Below, one piece after another: positions 12,924 through 23,579 of a DNA stretch of 64,000 bases. Both the position numbers and the translations under genes were made by a program. The stretch's first letter is position 1. Each line of letters opens with the position of its first letter. This DNA comes from an uncultured Gemmatimonadales bacterium (lineage in GTDB: Bacteria > Gemmatimonadota > Gemmatimonadetes > Longimicrobiales > Gaopeijiaceae), in contig CAWGKG010000018.1 of NCBI GenBank assembly GCA_963823035.1, positions 512,001-576,000 on the forward strand, given 5' to 3'. The notes beneath the pieces were generated by a model. The model saw nothing but the letters and a program-made list of their open reading frames with translations, did not search any database and was not told the DNA's origin.

Positions 12924-13469
12924 TCACCGATCGGGGCGGAGGTGTCGGGTGGCGGCGACGAGATCGCGGATGCGGCGGAGCTGCGTCTGGACCGTCTCGA
13001 GCCCCTCCCGGACCTCGCCCGCCGGCACGTCGAGGAGGAGGATCTGCGTTTCGGCCAGCGCGGAGGTGAGCGGGTTGTTGATGTCGTGCCGCGCGCGCGC
13101 GATCTCCACCAGGACGCCCTGGAGCTCCAGGAGGCCTTCTCGCGGTCCCTCGCCGTCGTCCTCGACGTAGCGGGCGACGTCCCCGAGGCTGGACGGGTGG
13201 CCGCTCGAGAGGGTACGCACCGTGGGCGGATCCGTCCCGTCCAGGACCGCGAAGATCCAGTCGGGCCCCCTCAGGGCGGTCGCCGCCTCCAGCAGCTCGC
13301 CGGCGGCGAGACCCGAGGCGTCGGCGAGGACGACACCGGGCGCGCGTCCCTGCAGCGCCTCGGCGCGGAGCGGAGGATCGAACACCTCGGCGTGGGGCCC
13401 CGCGGCAGCGAGGCACGCGTCTCGGAGCTCCCCGGCGGGGACGACGATGTAGAGGGGCTTGGAGGCCAT
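12924..13469 (-). CDS. Small protein with degenerate receiver-like N-terminus and HisKA phospho-acceptor domain, no HATPase
   Basis: From ATG 13469 (MASKPLYIVV...). H-box RHDINNPLT followed by two helices and a stop. Confidence 0.75.
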   Translation of the reverse strand: MASKPLYIVVPAGELRDACLAAAGPHAEVFDPPLRAEALQGRAPGVVLADASGLAAGELLEAATALRGPDWIFAVLDGTDPPTVRTLSSGHPSSLGDVARYVEDDGEGPREGLLELQGVLVEIARARHDINNPLTSALAETQILLLDVPAGEVREGLETVQTQLRRIRDLVAATRHLRPDR

Positions 13470-13541
13470 AGTGCGTACGATCGGAAGAAAAGGACGGCAT
13501 GCCGACTGGCACCAATCTCGGGCCCGCTCCACTTTGTCGCC

Positions 13542-15627
13542 ATGCCCCAGCATCCTCCCGTCCCGACGGAGGCACCGGGTCACGGCCTCGGGACCATCTC
13601 GCGGCGCCTGCTCGGCACCGCGCTCATCGGCGCCGCCTACCTCCCCCTCCACCGCCTTCTCGACCCCGAGGTCACCGGACTCGCAGGCCTGTCGACGCGC
13701 CGCATCGCCGAGACCAGCTGGACGATGGGTGTGTGGGGGAGCGTGGCCGTGCTCGGTCTGGCGGTGGTGCTGACGATGGTCGTGCGCGCCGACCCGGGCG
13801 AGGTCGTGCGCCGCCTCGCCGGTGGGCTCGCCCGCGTCCGGGTCCTGTCGTTCGCGCTCGCGTGCGCGGCGCTCACCCTCGTTCTCGTCGCCGTGGTGGC
13901 GGGCGGGCTCTACGGCGGACATCCCACCTCCGTCGACGAGATGGTCCAGCTCCTCCACGCCCGGGCGCTCGCCGGGGGCGAAGCCGTCCTCCCCCTCCGC
14001 GTCGAGCCCCGCCGCCTGGGTGGTGCAGAACTCCATCCTGGTCGAGGGCGGGTGGGCGTCGATCTACCCGCCCTTCCACACCGCGCTGCTGGCGGTCGGT
14101 GTCGCGGTCGGCACGCCCTGGCTGGTGGGCCCGGTCATGACGGCGTTGCTGACCTTCGCCACGGCCCTGGCGCTCGACCGGCTCCTCCCGGACCGTCCCG
14201 CGCTGGCGCGCGGCGCCGCCCTCCTGGTCGCGCTCTCGCCCTTCCTCCTCTTCCTCGGCGGGACGGAGCTGAGCCATCCCACCGCCGGCGCGCTGGCCGC
14301 CGTCACCCTCCTGTGCGCGCTCCTCGCGCGGGACGGGACGTGGGCCTGGAGCGTGGCGACGGGCGCCGCCGTCGGTGCGTTCGTCTGCACGCGGCCGTGG
14401 ACGGGGGTGGCGCTCTCGGCCGCCCTGGTCGTGGCGACCTGGCTCCCCGCCGCGCGGCGGAGGGCCTCCGCCGCCCGCTGGAGCGCCGCCCGCCTCGGGG
14501 GGCTCCTCGTCGGCGGGATCCCCTTCGCCGTGCTCCTCCTCTCGTGGAACGATCGGCTCTTCGGCGACCCCTTCCGGCTCGGCTACCTCGCCGCCTACGG
14601 CCCGGCGCACGGCCTGGGCTGGCACACGGATCCGTGGGGCAACCTCTACGGGGCGCGTCAGGCGCTCGCCTTCACCGGGGCCGACCTCGTCCAGCTCGGA
14701 GCGCGGCTCCTGGAGACTCCCCTCCCCGCCGTCGCCCTGGTGGGCCTCGGCCTGGCCGTCCTTCCGACCCTCCCCGCGGGCGCCGTTCCGCTTCTCGCCT
14801 GGGCGGGCGCGGGTGTGGCCGCCAACGCGGCCTACTGGCACCACGGCAGCCACTTCGGCCCCCGCCTCCTGTTCGAGACGGCGCCCGCATGGGTGGCGCT
14901 CTGGGCGGTGGCGTGGGCCGGCCTGACCGGGTCCCGGTCCCCCCTCCCCGCCCGCGCACGCCGCTTCGTGGGGTGGGCGGGCGTGCTCTCCCTCGTCGGG
15001 GCCGCCCTGCTCGTGCCCGGAACGGCGGGCGCCTATCGAATCGGGGAGGCGGAGGCTGGCGCCTATCGTCTCCCCCGCCCTCCCGAGGAGCCGGCGCTCG
15101 TCTTCGTGCACGGAAGCTGGTCGTCGCGCGTGGTGGCCCGACTGGTCGCCTCGGGCATGCGCCGGGACTCGGTCGAGACCGCGCTGCGTCGCAACCCGTT
15201 GTGCGCCGTCGACCGGTACGCCCGCCTGCGCGCGGAGGGCGCCTCCGACCTCCCGGCGCTCGACCTCGAGGCGCGGCCGGGGACGCCGCCCGGCCTCGCC
15301 GAGGTGACGCTCTCGCCGGGCAACCGCATCCGCATCGACCCGAGGCGCCCGCTCGAACCCGTCTGCGCGCGCGAGGCCGCCGCCGACCGCTTCGGCACGA
15401 TGGAGCTGGAGCCCCTCCTCTGGCAGGCACCACCCCTGCCGGGCGCGACGCTCGTCCTGGCGCGCGACCTGGGACCGGATGCGAACCGCGCGGTGCGCGA
15501 GGCGTTCCGCGGCTACTCGGCATGGATGACGATCGGGACGCCCGAGGGCACGTCGCTGGCGCCGTACGAGGATGCGGTATCGAGGCTCTGGCGAGGCGGA
15601 GCCTCCCCGTCAGGCGGCGGGCCCTGA
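13542..15627 (+). CDS. GT-C-type (ArnT/PMT-like) multi-pass membrane glycosyltransferase, frameshift near 14010
   Basis: ATG 13542 in the frame of ORF 12750, continuing in ORF 13822..15627. TSVDEMVQL (DE motif after a TM helix), SIYPPFH, CTRPWT, FGPRLLFE; more than 10 TM segments. Confidence 0.7.
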
Positions 15628-15667
15628 CGCCCGCCTTCCGCCGCGACGGCGCAGGCGCCGCAGGGGC

Positions 15668-16464
15668 CTACTGTCCGGTCGGAACCTCGAGGACCTGGCC
15701 CGCGTAGATCCGGCTGCCACGGATGTTGTTCATGGCGCGCAGCTCCTCCACGGACAGACCGTGCGTCCGGGCGATCGTCCAGAGCGAGTCCCCGGCCCTG
15801 ACCTTGTAGCTGCTCTTGTCGATGGGCGTGGCCGCGGCCACCCGCGTCGCGGTCCGCTCCTGGATGTTCGCGACGTAGGCGCTGTAGTGGCGCGGGAACA
15901 CGGCCACGTGGTAGTGCGCAGGGTAGTGCTCCCTCGTCGCCTCCAGGACGCCCGCACCCTCCAGGTCGAGGAGCACGCCCTCCAGCCAGCTACGACACGC
16001 ACGCGAGTGGCTGTAGCGCAGGTCGACGGCCATTCCGGTCGGATGCACCGAGCGCTCGGAGGCGTTGCGCGGCTGGCGGGTCATGGGCCGCGTCAGGCTC
16101 GTGACGACGAGCTGCTCGCCGCAGGCCGCGCGGTACTGTGCCGCCAGGCGCTCCACGAAGAGCGCGACGTCGGGGCGGGTGTAGGGAAACGAGACCGCGT
16201 GCAGGACGAAGTCGCTGTTCGGGCGCAGGCGGACGAGCCACCCCTTCTCCGCGAAGTGGAGAACGCGCTTCCCCGTCTCGAGGTAGGTGAAGTCGTTCTG
16301 GTGGGCGATGCGGTTCTGGCGGTCCAGCGACGCCGGCGAGCCCCGTAGGCTCTGCGCCGTGAGTCCCGGTAGCCGCGTAGGCCAGGAAGGCGGTCGTGAA
16401 GAGCCCGACCGCGAGGGCGGGCGTCAGGGAGGCGGCGGGCTCCAGGCGCGGGCACACTCGTCAT
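15668..16464 (-). CDS. Exported DUF5715-like protein with C-terminal LysM domain (putative peptidoglycan peptidase), frameshift(s) in the 5' part
   Basis: LVVTSLTRP...SVHPTGMAVDLR...HYHVAVF, LysM YKVRAGDSLWTIARTHGLSVEELRAMN. The signal-like segment sits in another frame near 16360-16460. Confidence 0.72.
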
Positions 16465-16537
16465 CGCATCGAGAAGGGGGCTGGGTGCCGACGGTTCGGG
16501 GGCCGTGGGGCCCCACACGGGATCAATAGGTAAACAT

Positions 16538-16567
16538 ATGATTCCCGTCCGACGGGCGTTCTGTCAA
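16538..16567 (-). promoter_or_regulatory. Possible sigma70 promoter of the LysM gene
   Basis: Minus strand TTGACA-N18-AATCAT in an AT-richer intergenic patch. Confidence 0.4.
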
Positions 16568-16704
16568 GGATCGGCTTCGGACAACAACAAACGAGCAAGC
16601 CTGCGACGCCACGGCTCGCGACAAATCTCAGGAAAGGCGCATCCCCCCGGGATCCCGGCCGACCGAGGTGGGCCGCACCGGGTTCCCGGAAGGCGCCGTG
16701 GCAT

Positions 16705-17343
16705 TCAGACGGTGTGCAGCCAACCGCTCTTCGCGGCCTCGTAGCGCTGTCCCACCTTGTCCCAGTTCACGACGTTCCACCAGGCGGACAGGTAGTCGGC
16801 ACGCCGGTTCTGGTAGTTCAAGTAGTACGCGTGCTCCCACACGTCCACGCCGAGGACCGGCGTGAAGCCCTCCATGAGCGGGCTGTCCTGGTTGGCGGTG
16901 GAGAAGCAGGCGAGGGCCCCCTTCGCGTCCACGCACAGCCACCCCCATCCCGACCCGAACTGGCCGGCCGCGTTGCCCTGCAGCTTGCCCTTGAGGTCGT
17001 CGAAGGAGCCGAAGGCAGCGTCGATCGCCGACGCCAGGGCGCCGTGGGGCGAGCTCGCGCCGCCGGGCGTCATGATGTCCCAGAAGAGCGCGTGGTTGAC
17101 GTAGCCGCCGCCGTTGTTGCGCACCGCCGTCCTGATGTCGGCGGGCAGCGAGTGGATGCCACGCAGCAGCTGCTCGGGCGAGAGGGCGTGCAGCGCGGTG
17201 TGGCCCTCCAGCGCCTTGTTCAGGTTGTTCGTGTATCCCGCGTGGTGCTTGTCGTGATGGATCTCCATGGTGCGAGCGTCGATGTGGGGCTCGAGCGCGT
17301 CCGTGGCGTATCCGAGCTCGGGCAGCTTGAACGGGTGGGGCAT
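16705..17343 (-). CDS. sodA: Superoxide dismutase, Mn-type
   Basis: [36 protein letters not shown]. Confidence 0.95.
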   Translation of the reverse strand: MPHPFKLPELGYATDALEPHIDARTMEIHHDKHHAGYTNNLNKALEGHTALHALSPEQLLRGIHSLPADIRTAVRNNGGGYVNHALFWDIMTPGGASSPHGALASAIDAAFGSFDDLKGKLQGNAAGQFGSGWGWLCVDAKGALACFSTANQDSPLMEGFTPVLGVDVWEHAYYLNYQNRRADYLSAWWNVVNWDKVGQRYEAAKSGWLHTV

Positions 17344-17406
17344 GCCTGACTCCTTTTGGCTCTCGGTCGAGGGTCGTTTCCCGCGGGGCCGGCGAACGCG
17401 TAGCTT

Positions 17407-18738
17407 GTGCAGGCCTCAGGGGTGGACAGCGGGGATTCTTACCCCGCTTCTCCTCGAAGGTGCGAACCTCATTCCGACGTTCTCTTGCCGCCCGTTTCCC
17501 CACCCCGCCGCGTCCTCCTCGTCGACTGCGACGCCTTCTACGTCCAGGTCGCCCGACTCCTGGATCCCGAGGGTGCGGGCAAGGCGCGACTGCTCATCGT
17601 GGGCGGCTCCCCGACGGGCCGCGGCGTGGTGACCTCGGCCTCCTACGAGACGCGCGCCTACGGTGTGCACTCGGCCATGCCGACGTCGCAGGCGCTCCGC
17701 CTCTGCCCGCAGGCGACCGTGGTGGGCGTGCCCCGCCGGGCGGTGATGGAGCGGAGCCGCGAGGTGGGCGCCGTGCTGCGCGAGCTCGCGCCCGTCGTCC
17801 AGGCCGCCTCCATCGACGAGTTCTACCTCGACCTGACCGGAACCGAGCGGCTCTTCCACGGCGCCGGCCTCACGGAGATCGCTCGCGACTTCCGCGAGGA
17901 GGTGCTCGCGCGCACGCGGATCTCGGTGTCGATCGGCGGAGGCACGCGCCGCGTCATCGCCAAGCTCGCCGCCGGACGCGCCAAGCCCGCCGGCGTGCAC
18001 GTCGTGCCGCCCGGGGAGGAGCAGGCCTTCCTCAACACCCTCGAGCTCGCGGAGCTTCCGGGGGTCGGGCCGTCCCTCGTGGAGGCGCTGGCGAAGCGCG
18101 GGCTGGTGCGCGTGGTGGATGCGCTCGAGGTGCAGCTCGAGTGGATGCAGCGGTGGTTCGGCACCCGCCGCGGCGCCTGGCTGCACCGGCGCGTGCGCGG
18201 GCTGGACGACAGCGAGGTCGACCCCCACGAGGAACGGAAGAGCATCTCCTCCGAGCGGACCTTCTTCAGGGACATCGACGACGACGACGAGTTGGAGCGC
18301 CGCCTGCTCGAGCTGTGCTGCGGCGTAGCGGCTACGTTGCGTGGCAAGGCGATGCGCGCACGCACGGTCACGGTCAAGCTGCGCGACGCGGACTTCACGA
18401 CGCGCCAGCACGCGCGCACCGTGAAGGAGGGCCTCGAGTCGGACCCCGTGCTCTACGACGTGGCGCGTGGGCTCCTGCGCGAGCTGCGCGCGGCCCGCCG
18501 GCGGCCCGCTCGCCTGATCGGCGTCGGGCTCTCCGGGCTCCACGACGCGGACGAGCCGCGGCAGCTCGCGCTCTTCGACGAGCCCGCGCCCGCCGTCGAG
18601 ACGGAGCGCGACCGTGCGGTGGCCCACGCCCTCGACCGCCTGCGCTCCCGCTTCGGCGACGACGCGGTTCGTCCCGGGCGCCTGTTCGACGGACGGCGCG
18701 GCCGTACCCCCGACACCGAGGACGAAGGCGAACCATGA
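17407..18738 (+). CDS. dinB: DNA polymerase IV
   Basis: [42 protein letters not shown]. The true start may be further downstream. Confidence 0.93.
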   Translation: MQASGVDSGDSYPASPRRCEPHSDVLLPPVSPPRRVLLVDCDAFYVQVARLLDPEGAGKARLLIVGGSPTGRGVVTSASYETRAYGVHSAMPTSQALRLCPQATVVGVPRRAVMERSREVGAVLRELAPVVQAASIDEFYLDLTGTERLFHGAGLTEIARDFREEVLARTRISVSIGGGTRRVIAKLAAGRAKPAGVHVVPPGEEQAFLNTLELAELPGVGPSLVEALAKRGLVRVVDALEVQLEWMQRWFGTRRGAWLHRRVRGLDDSEVDPHEERKSISSERTFFRDIDDDDELERRLLELCCGVAATLRGKAMRARTVTVKLRDADFTTRQHARTVKEGLESDPVLYDVARGLLRELRAARRRPARLIGVGLSGLHDADEPRQLALFDEPAPAVETERDRAVAHALDRLRSRFGDDAVRPGRLFDGRRGRTPDTEDEGEP

Positions 18739-19550
18739 GCTCCGACACGCCCGAACGAGGCATCGACCGCCTCTGGCCCGAGACGCGGCCGCTCATCGGC
18801 ATGGTCCACCTCCTGCCCCTGCCGGGCGCGCCCCGCTGGGCGCACTCGATGGACGCCATCGAGGAGCGGGCGCTCGCGGACGCGTGCGCGCTCGCCGACG
18901 GAGGGATGGACGGCGTGCTGGTGGAGAACTTCATGGACGTGCCGTTCTTCCAGGGACGCGTTCCGCCCGAGACCGTGGCGGCGATGGCGCGGGTGGTCGC
19001 GTCCGTCCGCCGTGTCGTCTCCGTTCCGGTGGGCGTGAACGTGCTGCGCAACGACGCCCACGCCGCCCTCGCGATCGCGGTCGCATGCGGTGCGGACTTC
19101 ATCCGTGTGAACGTGCACACGGGCACGATGTGGACCGATCAGGGCATCGTCGAGGGGCGCGCGGCGGACACGCTGCGCACGCGCGCCGCGCTCGGCGCCC
19201 GGGTGGCGATCCTCGCGGACGTGCTCGTGAAGCACGCGACGCCGCCGCCCGGGCTGAGCCCTGAAGCGGCCGCGGCGGACACGTGGTCGCGCGGGCTCGT
19301 GGACGCGCTCATCGCGACGGGGACGGGCACGGGCGAGCCAACGGACCCCGCGACCGTGCGGGCAATCGCGCGCGGGGCGCCCGACGCCCCCGTCCTGGTA
19401 GGCAGTGGGGTCACTCCGGACACGGTGGCGGGCCTTCTGGCCGTCGCGCACGGCGCGATCGTGGGGACGGTGCTGACCCGTGGAGGACGCGCGGGGAGCG
19501 GGGTGGATCCCGACCGCGTGCGCCGCCTCGTCGAGGCCGCCCGCGGCTAG
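18735..19550 (+). CDS. BtpA/SgcQ family protein
   Basis: IGMVHLLPLPGAP, VENFMDVPF, GVNVLRND, FIRVNV, ADVLVKHA, ATGTGTG, LVGSGV. ATGA overlap with dinB. Confidence 0.9.
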   Translation: MSSDTPERGIDRLWPETRPLIGMVHLLPLPGAPRWAHSMDAIEERALADACALADGGMDGVLVENFMDVPFFQGRVPPETVAAMARVVASVRRVVSVPVGVNVLRNDAHAALAIAVACGADFIRVNVHTGTMWTDQGIVEGRAADTLRTRAALGARVAILADVLVKHATPPPGLSPEAAAADTWSRGLVDALIATGTGTGEPTDPATVRAIARGAPDAPVLVGSGVTPDTVAGLLAVAHGAIVGTVLTRGGRAGSGVDPDRVRRLVEAARG

Positions 19551-20308
19551 CCGCCGGTGGTGCGTCGCGCCATCCGCGCCAGGTACCGTCCGTCCTCCTC
19601 GCGCTCCAGGACCTCGCACGTCAGCCCGACGCGCGTGCACGCGGCAGCGAGCGCCTCGGGGTCCACGAAGAGGAAGGGGAAGGGCGGACCCGCCTGTCCG
19701 TCGAACTCGAGCTGCATGTGGACCTCCCCGACGTAGCGCCCGTCGTCGGGCACGTCCCAACGCCCCGGGTCGGTCGAGTCCGCGAGGATCCGCCCCCCCG
19801 GCTGGAGGTGCTCGGCGAGCACAGCGAGGAAGTCGTCGAGCGCCGAGAGCGTTCCTGGAAGGCCCAGCCCGTTCATGAGCACGAGCACGGTGTCGAAGCG
19901 CTCTTCCGGCCCGAGCGCCTCGAGACCGCCATCGCGGACGTCGACCACCCCACCCCCATGCAGCTCCGCCAACGCCACCGGGAGGATCTCGAGCGCGGTC
20001 ACGGCATGTCCCGCGGCCGCCAGGGGCGCGGCGTGGGCGCCCGGGCCCGCTCCGACGTCCAGGACACGGCCCCGGGCCTCCGCGAGCGCCCGCCGCTCCA
20101 CGGCGGGCATGCTCTCCACGGGGCGGAAGAAGAGGGAGACGGGCACGTGCTCCTCCTCGGCCACGTCCGTACGCAGCACGAGCTCCGCCTGACGCCGTCC
20201 CGCACGGTAGGCCGCGAGGGCCGCGTCCAGAGGAGCCCAGGGCTCGTCCGCCCCTCCATGTGGCGAGGGGCGGTCCCGCAGGAGCCGCCCCCCTTCGTCG
20301 ACCGTCAT
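19547..20308 (-). CDS. Class I SAM-dependent methyltransferase
   Basis: RGRVLDVGAGPG, FDTVLVLMNGLG, GRILADSTD. ATG at 20308. Confidence 0.85.
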   Translation of the reverse strand: MTVDEGGRLLRDRPSPHGGADEPWAPLDAALAAYRAGRRQAELVLRTDVAEEEHVPVSLFFRPVESMPAVERRALAEARGRVLDVGAGPGAHAAPLAAAGHAVTALEILPVALAELHGGGVVDVRDGGLEALGPEERFDTVLVLMNGLGLPGTLSALDDFLAVLAEHLQPGGRILADSTDPGRWDVPDDGRYVGEVHMQLEFDGQAGPPFPFLFVDPEALAAACTRVGLTCEVLEREEDGRYLARMARRTTGG

Positions 20309-20316
20309 GCGGTGCG

Positions 20317-22071
20317 CTATCCCTTCGGGCTCCCACCCGCGTCGCGCGACCGCTTCCACGCCTCGTGCGCCCGCGCGTTCTCCTCCCACGGCCTGCGCCC
20401 GAAGTAGGACCGGGTCATCTCGACGACCTTCGGCGCGAGGAAGAGGAGGGCGATGAGGTTCGGGATGATGACGATCGACAGGGCGATGTCGCCCATCGCC
20501 CAGACCACGGCGAGCGGCACGACCGCGCCCATGAAATGCATGGCCACGTACACGAACTTGTACGGCAGGATCGCCTTCGGTCCGAACAGGTAGTTGGCGC
20601 ACCGGTCGCCGTAGTAGCTCCACGAGATCGCCGTCGATACCGCGAAGAGGATCGTGCTGATCAGCACGATGTAGTTGCCCCACCTCCCCGGCAGCCCGCG
20701 GCTGAAGGCCTCCATCGTCAGGGGCGCACCGCTGTCGGGCGCATTCGCCCACAGCGACGTGTAGGTCTGCCCGTCGGCCGTCACCGCCTGACCGGACGCC
20801 GGCCGCACGACGCCGGTGAAGGGCCGCGTCATCGCCTCGTCGACGAAGAGCGTGTCGATCGCCGTCTCGTGCCAGGACACGTGCACCGCGCCCATCCCGG
20901 TCTGCGTGTGCAGGCCGTCCCGGATCGTGATCTCGGCCGGCGGCTCCGTCGACACGGAACGTCCCGACTCGAGGGTCGTGGTGTAGCTGAGGTCGCCGCC
21001 GGTGAGCGTGACCTCCGTGGGGATCCGCGCCGTGTACATCCCGGTCATGATGATGACGATGCCGGTCATCGAGCAGATCACGATCGTGTCGATGAAGGGC
21101 TCGAGCAGGGCCACGACACCCTCCGAGACGGGCTCGTCGGTCTTGGCCGCCGCGTGCGCGATCGGCGCCGAGCCCTGCCCCGCCTCGTTCGAGAAGAGCC
21201 CTCGCCGCACCCCCCACATCATCGTCACCACGAACACGCCGACCCCGGTTCCGGCCACGCCCGCGGAGGGATTGAACGCCTCGCGGAAGATGAGTCCGAG
21301 GGCCGGGAAGAGGTCGGGGAGGTGCGTGAGGATGATGAAGAGCGCGCCGGCCACGTAGATCGTCGCCATGAGGGGGGCGAGGATCGACGTGACCCGCCCA
21401 ATACGCGTGATGCCGCCGAGAATGACCATCGCGACCACGCCCGACGTGATCAGCCCGGTGATCCACGGCGCCACGCCCCACACCGTCTCCACGTTGTCCG
21501 CGACCGTGTTCGCCTGCACCGCGTTGCCGGTGAGGAACGCCGTGAAGCCGAGCATGAGCGCGAAGAAGACGGCCATCCACCGCCACTTCGGCCCGAGCCC
21601 GCGCTCGATGTAGTACATCGGCCCGCCGGACACCGAACCCTCCCACTTCTTGGCGTCCTTGTCGGGTCCCACGTCACGGTACCGCTGGGCGAGCGTGACC
21701 TCGGAGTACTTGGTGGCCATCCCCAGGAAGGCCGTGACCCACATCCAGAAGAGCGCGCCCGGGCCGCCCAGGTGGATGGCGATCGCAACGCCGGCGATGT
21801 TGCCGATGCCGACCGTCGCCGACAGCGCCGTGGTCAGCGCCTGGAAGTGGCTGACGTCGCCGGGCTCGTTGGGGTCGTCGTACTTGCCAGACGTCACACC
21901 GAAGCCGTGCACGAGGTGCCGCAGCTGCACGAAGCCCGTGCGAAACGTGAGGTAGAGTCCCGTCCCGAGGAGGAGGATCACCATATAGGGGATGTTCTCC
22001 CCCTTCACGTTGATCCCGTTCTCCACCACGTAGGTGTTGAAGAAGTCGACGACGTTCTGAAGAAGGTCCAT
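20317..22071 (-). CDS. Sodium:alanine/glycine symporter (AGCS/AlsT family)
   Basis: ATVGIGNIAGVA, GGPGALFWMW, GGPMYYI, RGLFSNEAGQGSAPIAHAAA, EPFIDT, SWSYYG. Confidence 0.95.
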   Translation of the reverse strand: MDLLQNVVDFFNTYVVENGINVKGENIPYMVILLLGTGLYLTFRTGFVQLRHLVHGFGVTSGKYDDPNEPGDVSHFQALTTALSATVGIGNIAGVAIAIHLGGPGALFWMWVTAFLGMATKYSEVTLAQRYRDVGPDKDAKKWEGSVSGGPMYYIERGLGPKWRWMAVFFALMLGFTAFLTGNAVQANTVADNVETVWGVAPWITGLITSGVVAMVILGGITRIGRVTSILAPLMATIYVAGALFIILTHLPDLFPALGLIFREAFNPSAGVAGTGVGVFVVTMMWGVRRGLFSNEAGQGSAPIAHAAAKTDEPVSEGVVALLEPFIDTIVICSMTGIVIIMTGMYTARIPTEVTLTGGDLSYTTTLESGRSVSTEPPAEITIRDGLHTQTGMGAVHVSWHETAIDTLFVDEAMTRPFTGVVRPASGQAVTADGQTYTSLWANAPDSGAPLTMEAFSRGLPGRWGNYIVLISTILFAVSTAISWSYYGDRCANYLFGPKAILPYKFVYVAMHFMGAVVPLAVVWAMGDIALSIVIIPNLIALLFLAPKVVEMTRSYFGRRPWEENARAHEAWKRSRDAGGSPKG

Positions 22072-22156
22072 GCGGGCCGTCCGTCTGGGCGAGGTTGTTG
22101 GGGAGAAGAGAGGCGGGGGGACCTAGCCTCGCGGTGTCCTTTCAGGGCGACGAAGA

Positions 22157-22192
22157 ATGCCCCGCCCTACCGTGAGAGGCAAGGCGGGGCAT
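22157..22192 (-). terminator. Hairpin downstream of the desaturase
   Basis: ATGCCCCGCC / GGCGGGGCAT 10-bp inverted repeat, followed by TCTTC on the minus strand. Confidence 0.55.
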
Positions 22193-22237
22193 CGGTCGCT
22201 CCCGGGGGCGGACGGCACGTCCCGGGATCGACGAACG

Positions 22238-23419
22238 CTACCCGGTGGCGATCGCGAGGTCGCAGACGCGCTCTGCCACGGCACGACGGAGCAGCTCGTG
22301 CGCGCGCACCACGATGTCGTCCAGGGACGGCGACTCGTTGAACATCTCCTCGGCGCGCTCCCGCAGCTCGGGCAGCGTCGGGAGATGGGGGAGCGCCAAC
22401 TCGGCCAGCCCCTCCTCCATCTGCTCGCGTGCGCGTCGCACGCGCTCGGAGAGGTCCTCGAAGGCGTGGGACTCGTTCCACGCCTCGCGCACCCGCGTCG
22501 CGATCCCCTCGAGCGAGATGCTCGCCGCGAGGTCCTGCGCCACCTTCTCGATCACCTTGCGGCCGACGGGCTTCTCACCCCGGACGATCGCCTCGGGCGG
22601 CTCGCGCAGGTCCCAGACCACGCCCGTCCACGACATCATCTTCAGGATGTAGTAGGTGATGTCGATCTCCCACCACTTGAAGCCCTGGCGCGTCGAGCTC
22701 TGGTAGTGGTGATGGTTGTTGTGCCACCCCTCGCCGAGCGTGACCAGCGCGAGGAGCCAGTGGTTGCGCGAGTCGTCACCGGTGAGGTAGCGCTGGCTAC
22801 CCACCTCGTGCGCCATCGAGTTGATGGCGAACGTGCCGTGGTAGAGCACCACCGTGCTGAGGAAGAAGCCCACGAAGAGCCCCGCCCAACCGCCGACCAG
22901 GAAGGCGCCGATGCCCAGGAGCACCGCGGGCACGAGATAGAAGCGGTCGAGCCAGCGCAACTCCGGGTAGCTCGCCAGATCGCGGATCGTGCCGTAGTCG
23001 GGCTTCCAGTTGTTGTGGTTGAAGATCCACCCTACGTGCGCGTAGACGAAGCCCTGGTGGCGGGGCGAGTGGACGTCTTCCGGCGTGTCCGAATAGAGGT
23101 GGTGGTGCCGGTGGATGGCGGCCCACCACAGCGCCCCCCGCTGTGCGGAGCTCTGGGCGAGGAACGCCAGGAGGAACTGTCCGACCCGGCTCGTCTTGTA
23201 GGACCGATGCGAGAAGTACCGGTGGTACGCGCCGGTGACCGCGAACATGCGGACGAGGTAGAGGATGACCGCCATCCACACGGCCTGGGCGGGAAAGCCC
23301 GTCCAGATCGCCCCGAACGCCGCGAGGTGCACGAGCGCGAAGGGGATGGCGGCGGGATAGACGATGTCGTCGTGGGGGGCGTGGGCGGAGTGATCGGCCA
23401 CGGGCACGGATCTCCACAT
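22238..23419 (-). CDS. Delta-9 type acyl-CoA/fatty acid desaturase with C-terminal helical extension
   Basis: His boxes HRYFSH, HRHHH and HNNHH; GEGWHNN; WWEIDITY. Confidence 0.92.
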   Translation of the reverse strand: MWRSVPVADHSAHAPHDDIVYPAAIPFALVHLAAFGAIWTGFPAQAVWMAVILYLVRMFAVTGAYHRYFSHRSYKTSRVGQFLLAFLAQSSAQRGALWWAAIHRHHHLYSDTPEDVHSPRHQGFVYAHVGWIFNHNNWKPDYGTIRDLASYPELRWLDRFYLVPAVLLGIGAFLVGGWAGLFVGFFLSTVVLYHGTFAINSMAHEVGSQRYLTGDDSRNHWLLALVTLGEGWHNNHHHYQSSTRQGFKWWEIDITYYILKMMSWTGVVWDLREPPEAIVRGEKPVGRKVIEKVAQDLAASISLEGIATRVREAWNESHAFEDLSERVRRAREQMEEGLAELALPHLPTLPELRERAEEMFNESPSLDDIVVRAHELLRRAVAERVCDLAIATG

Positions 23420-23579
23420 GGGTCTGGAAGGGTCTGGGACAGACTACCCGATCCTACAGGGGACATGGAAAGTTAACGGCCGTAACCCCGACGGCGTAGG
23501 GGAGTCGGTGGCGGAGCCGGTCTGCGATCGCCATCCTTACCGCCCGCCGCAACCGTCCGAGTGACCCTCCGGAGGCCTC

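Noticed and set aside
13507..13522. TGGCAC sigma54-like -24 element before the GT-C gene
   Set aside because: The -12 position reads GG instead of GC.
22072..22237. Possible glycine riboswitch before the alanine/glycine symporter
   Set aside because: No GGAGA/CCGAAG/CTCTCAGG pattern on the coding strand; only a terminator-like hairpin.
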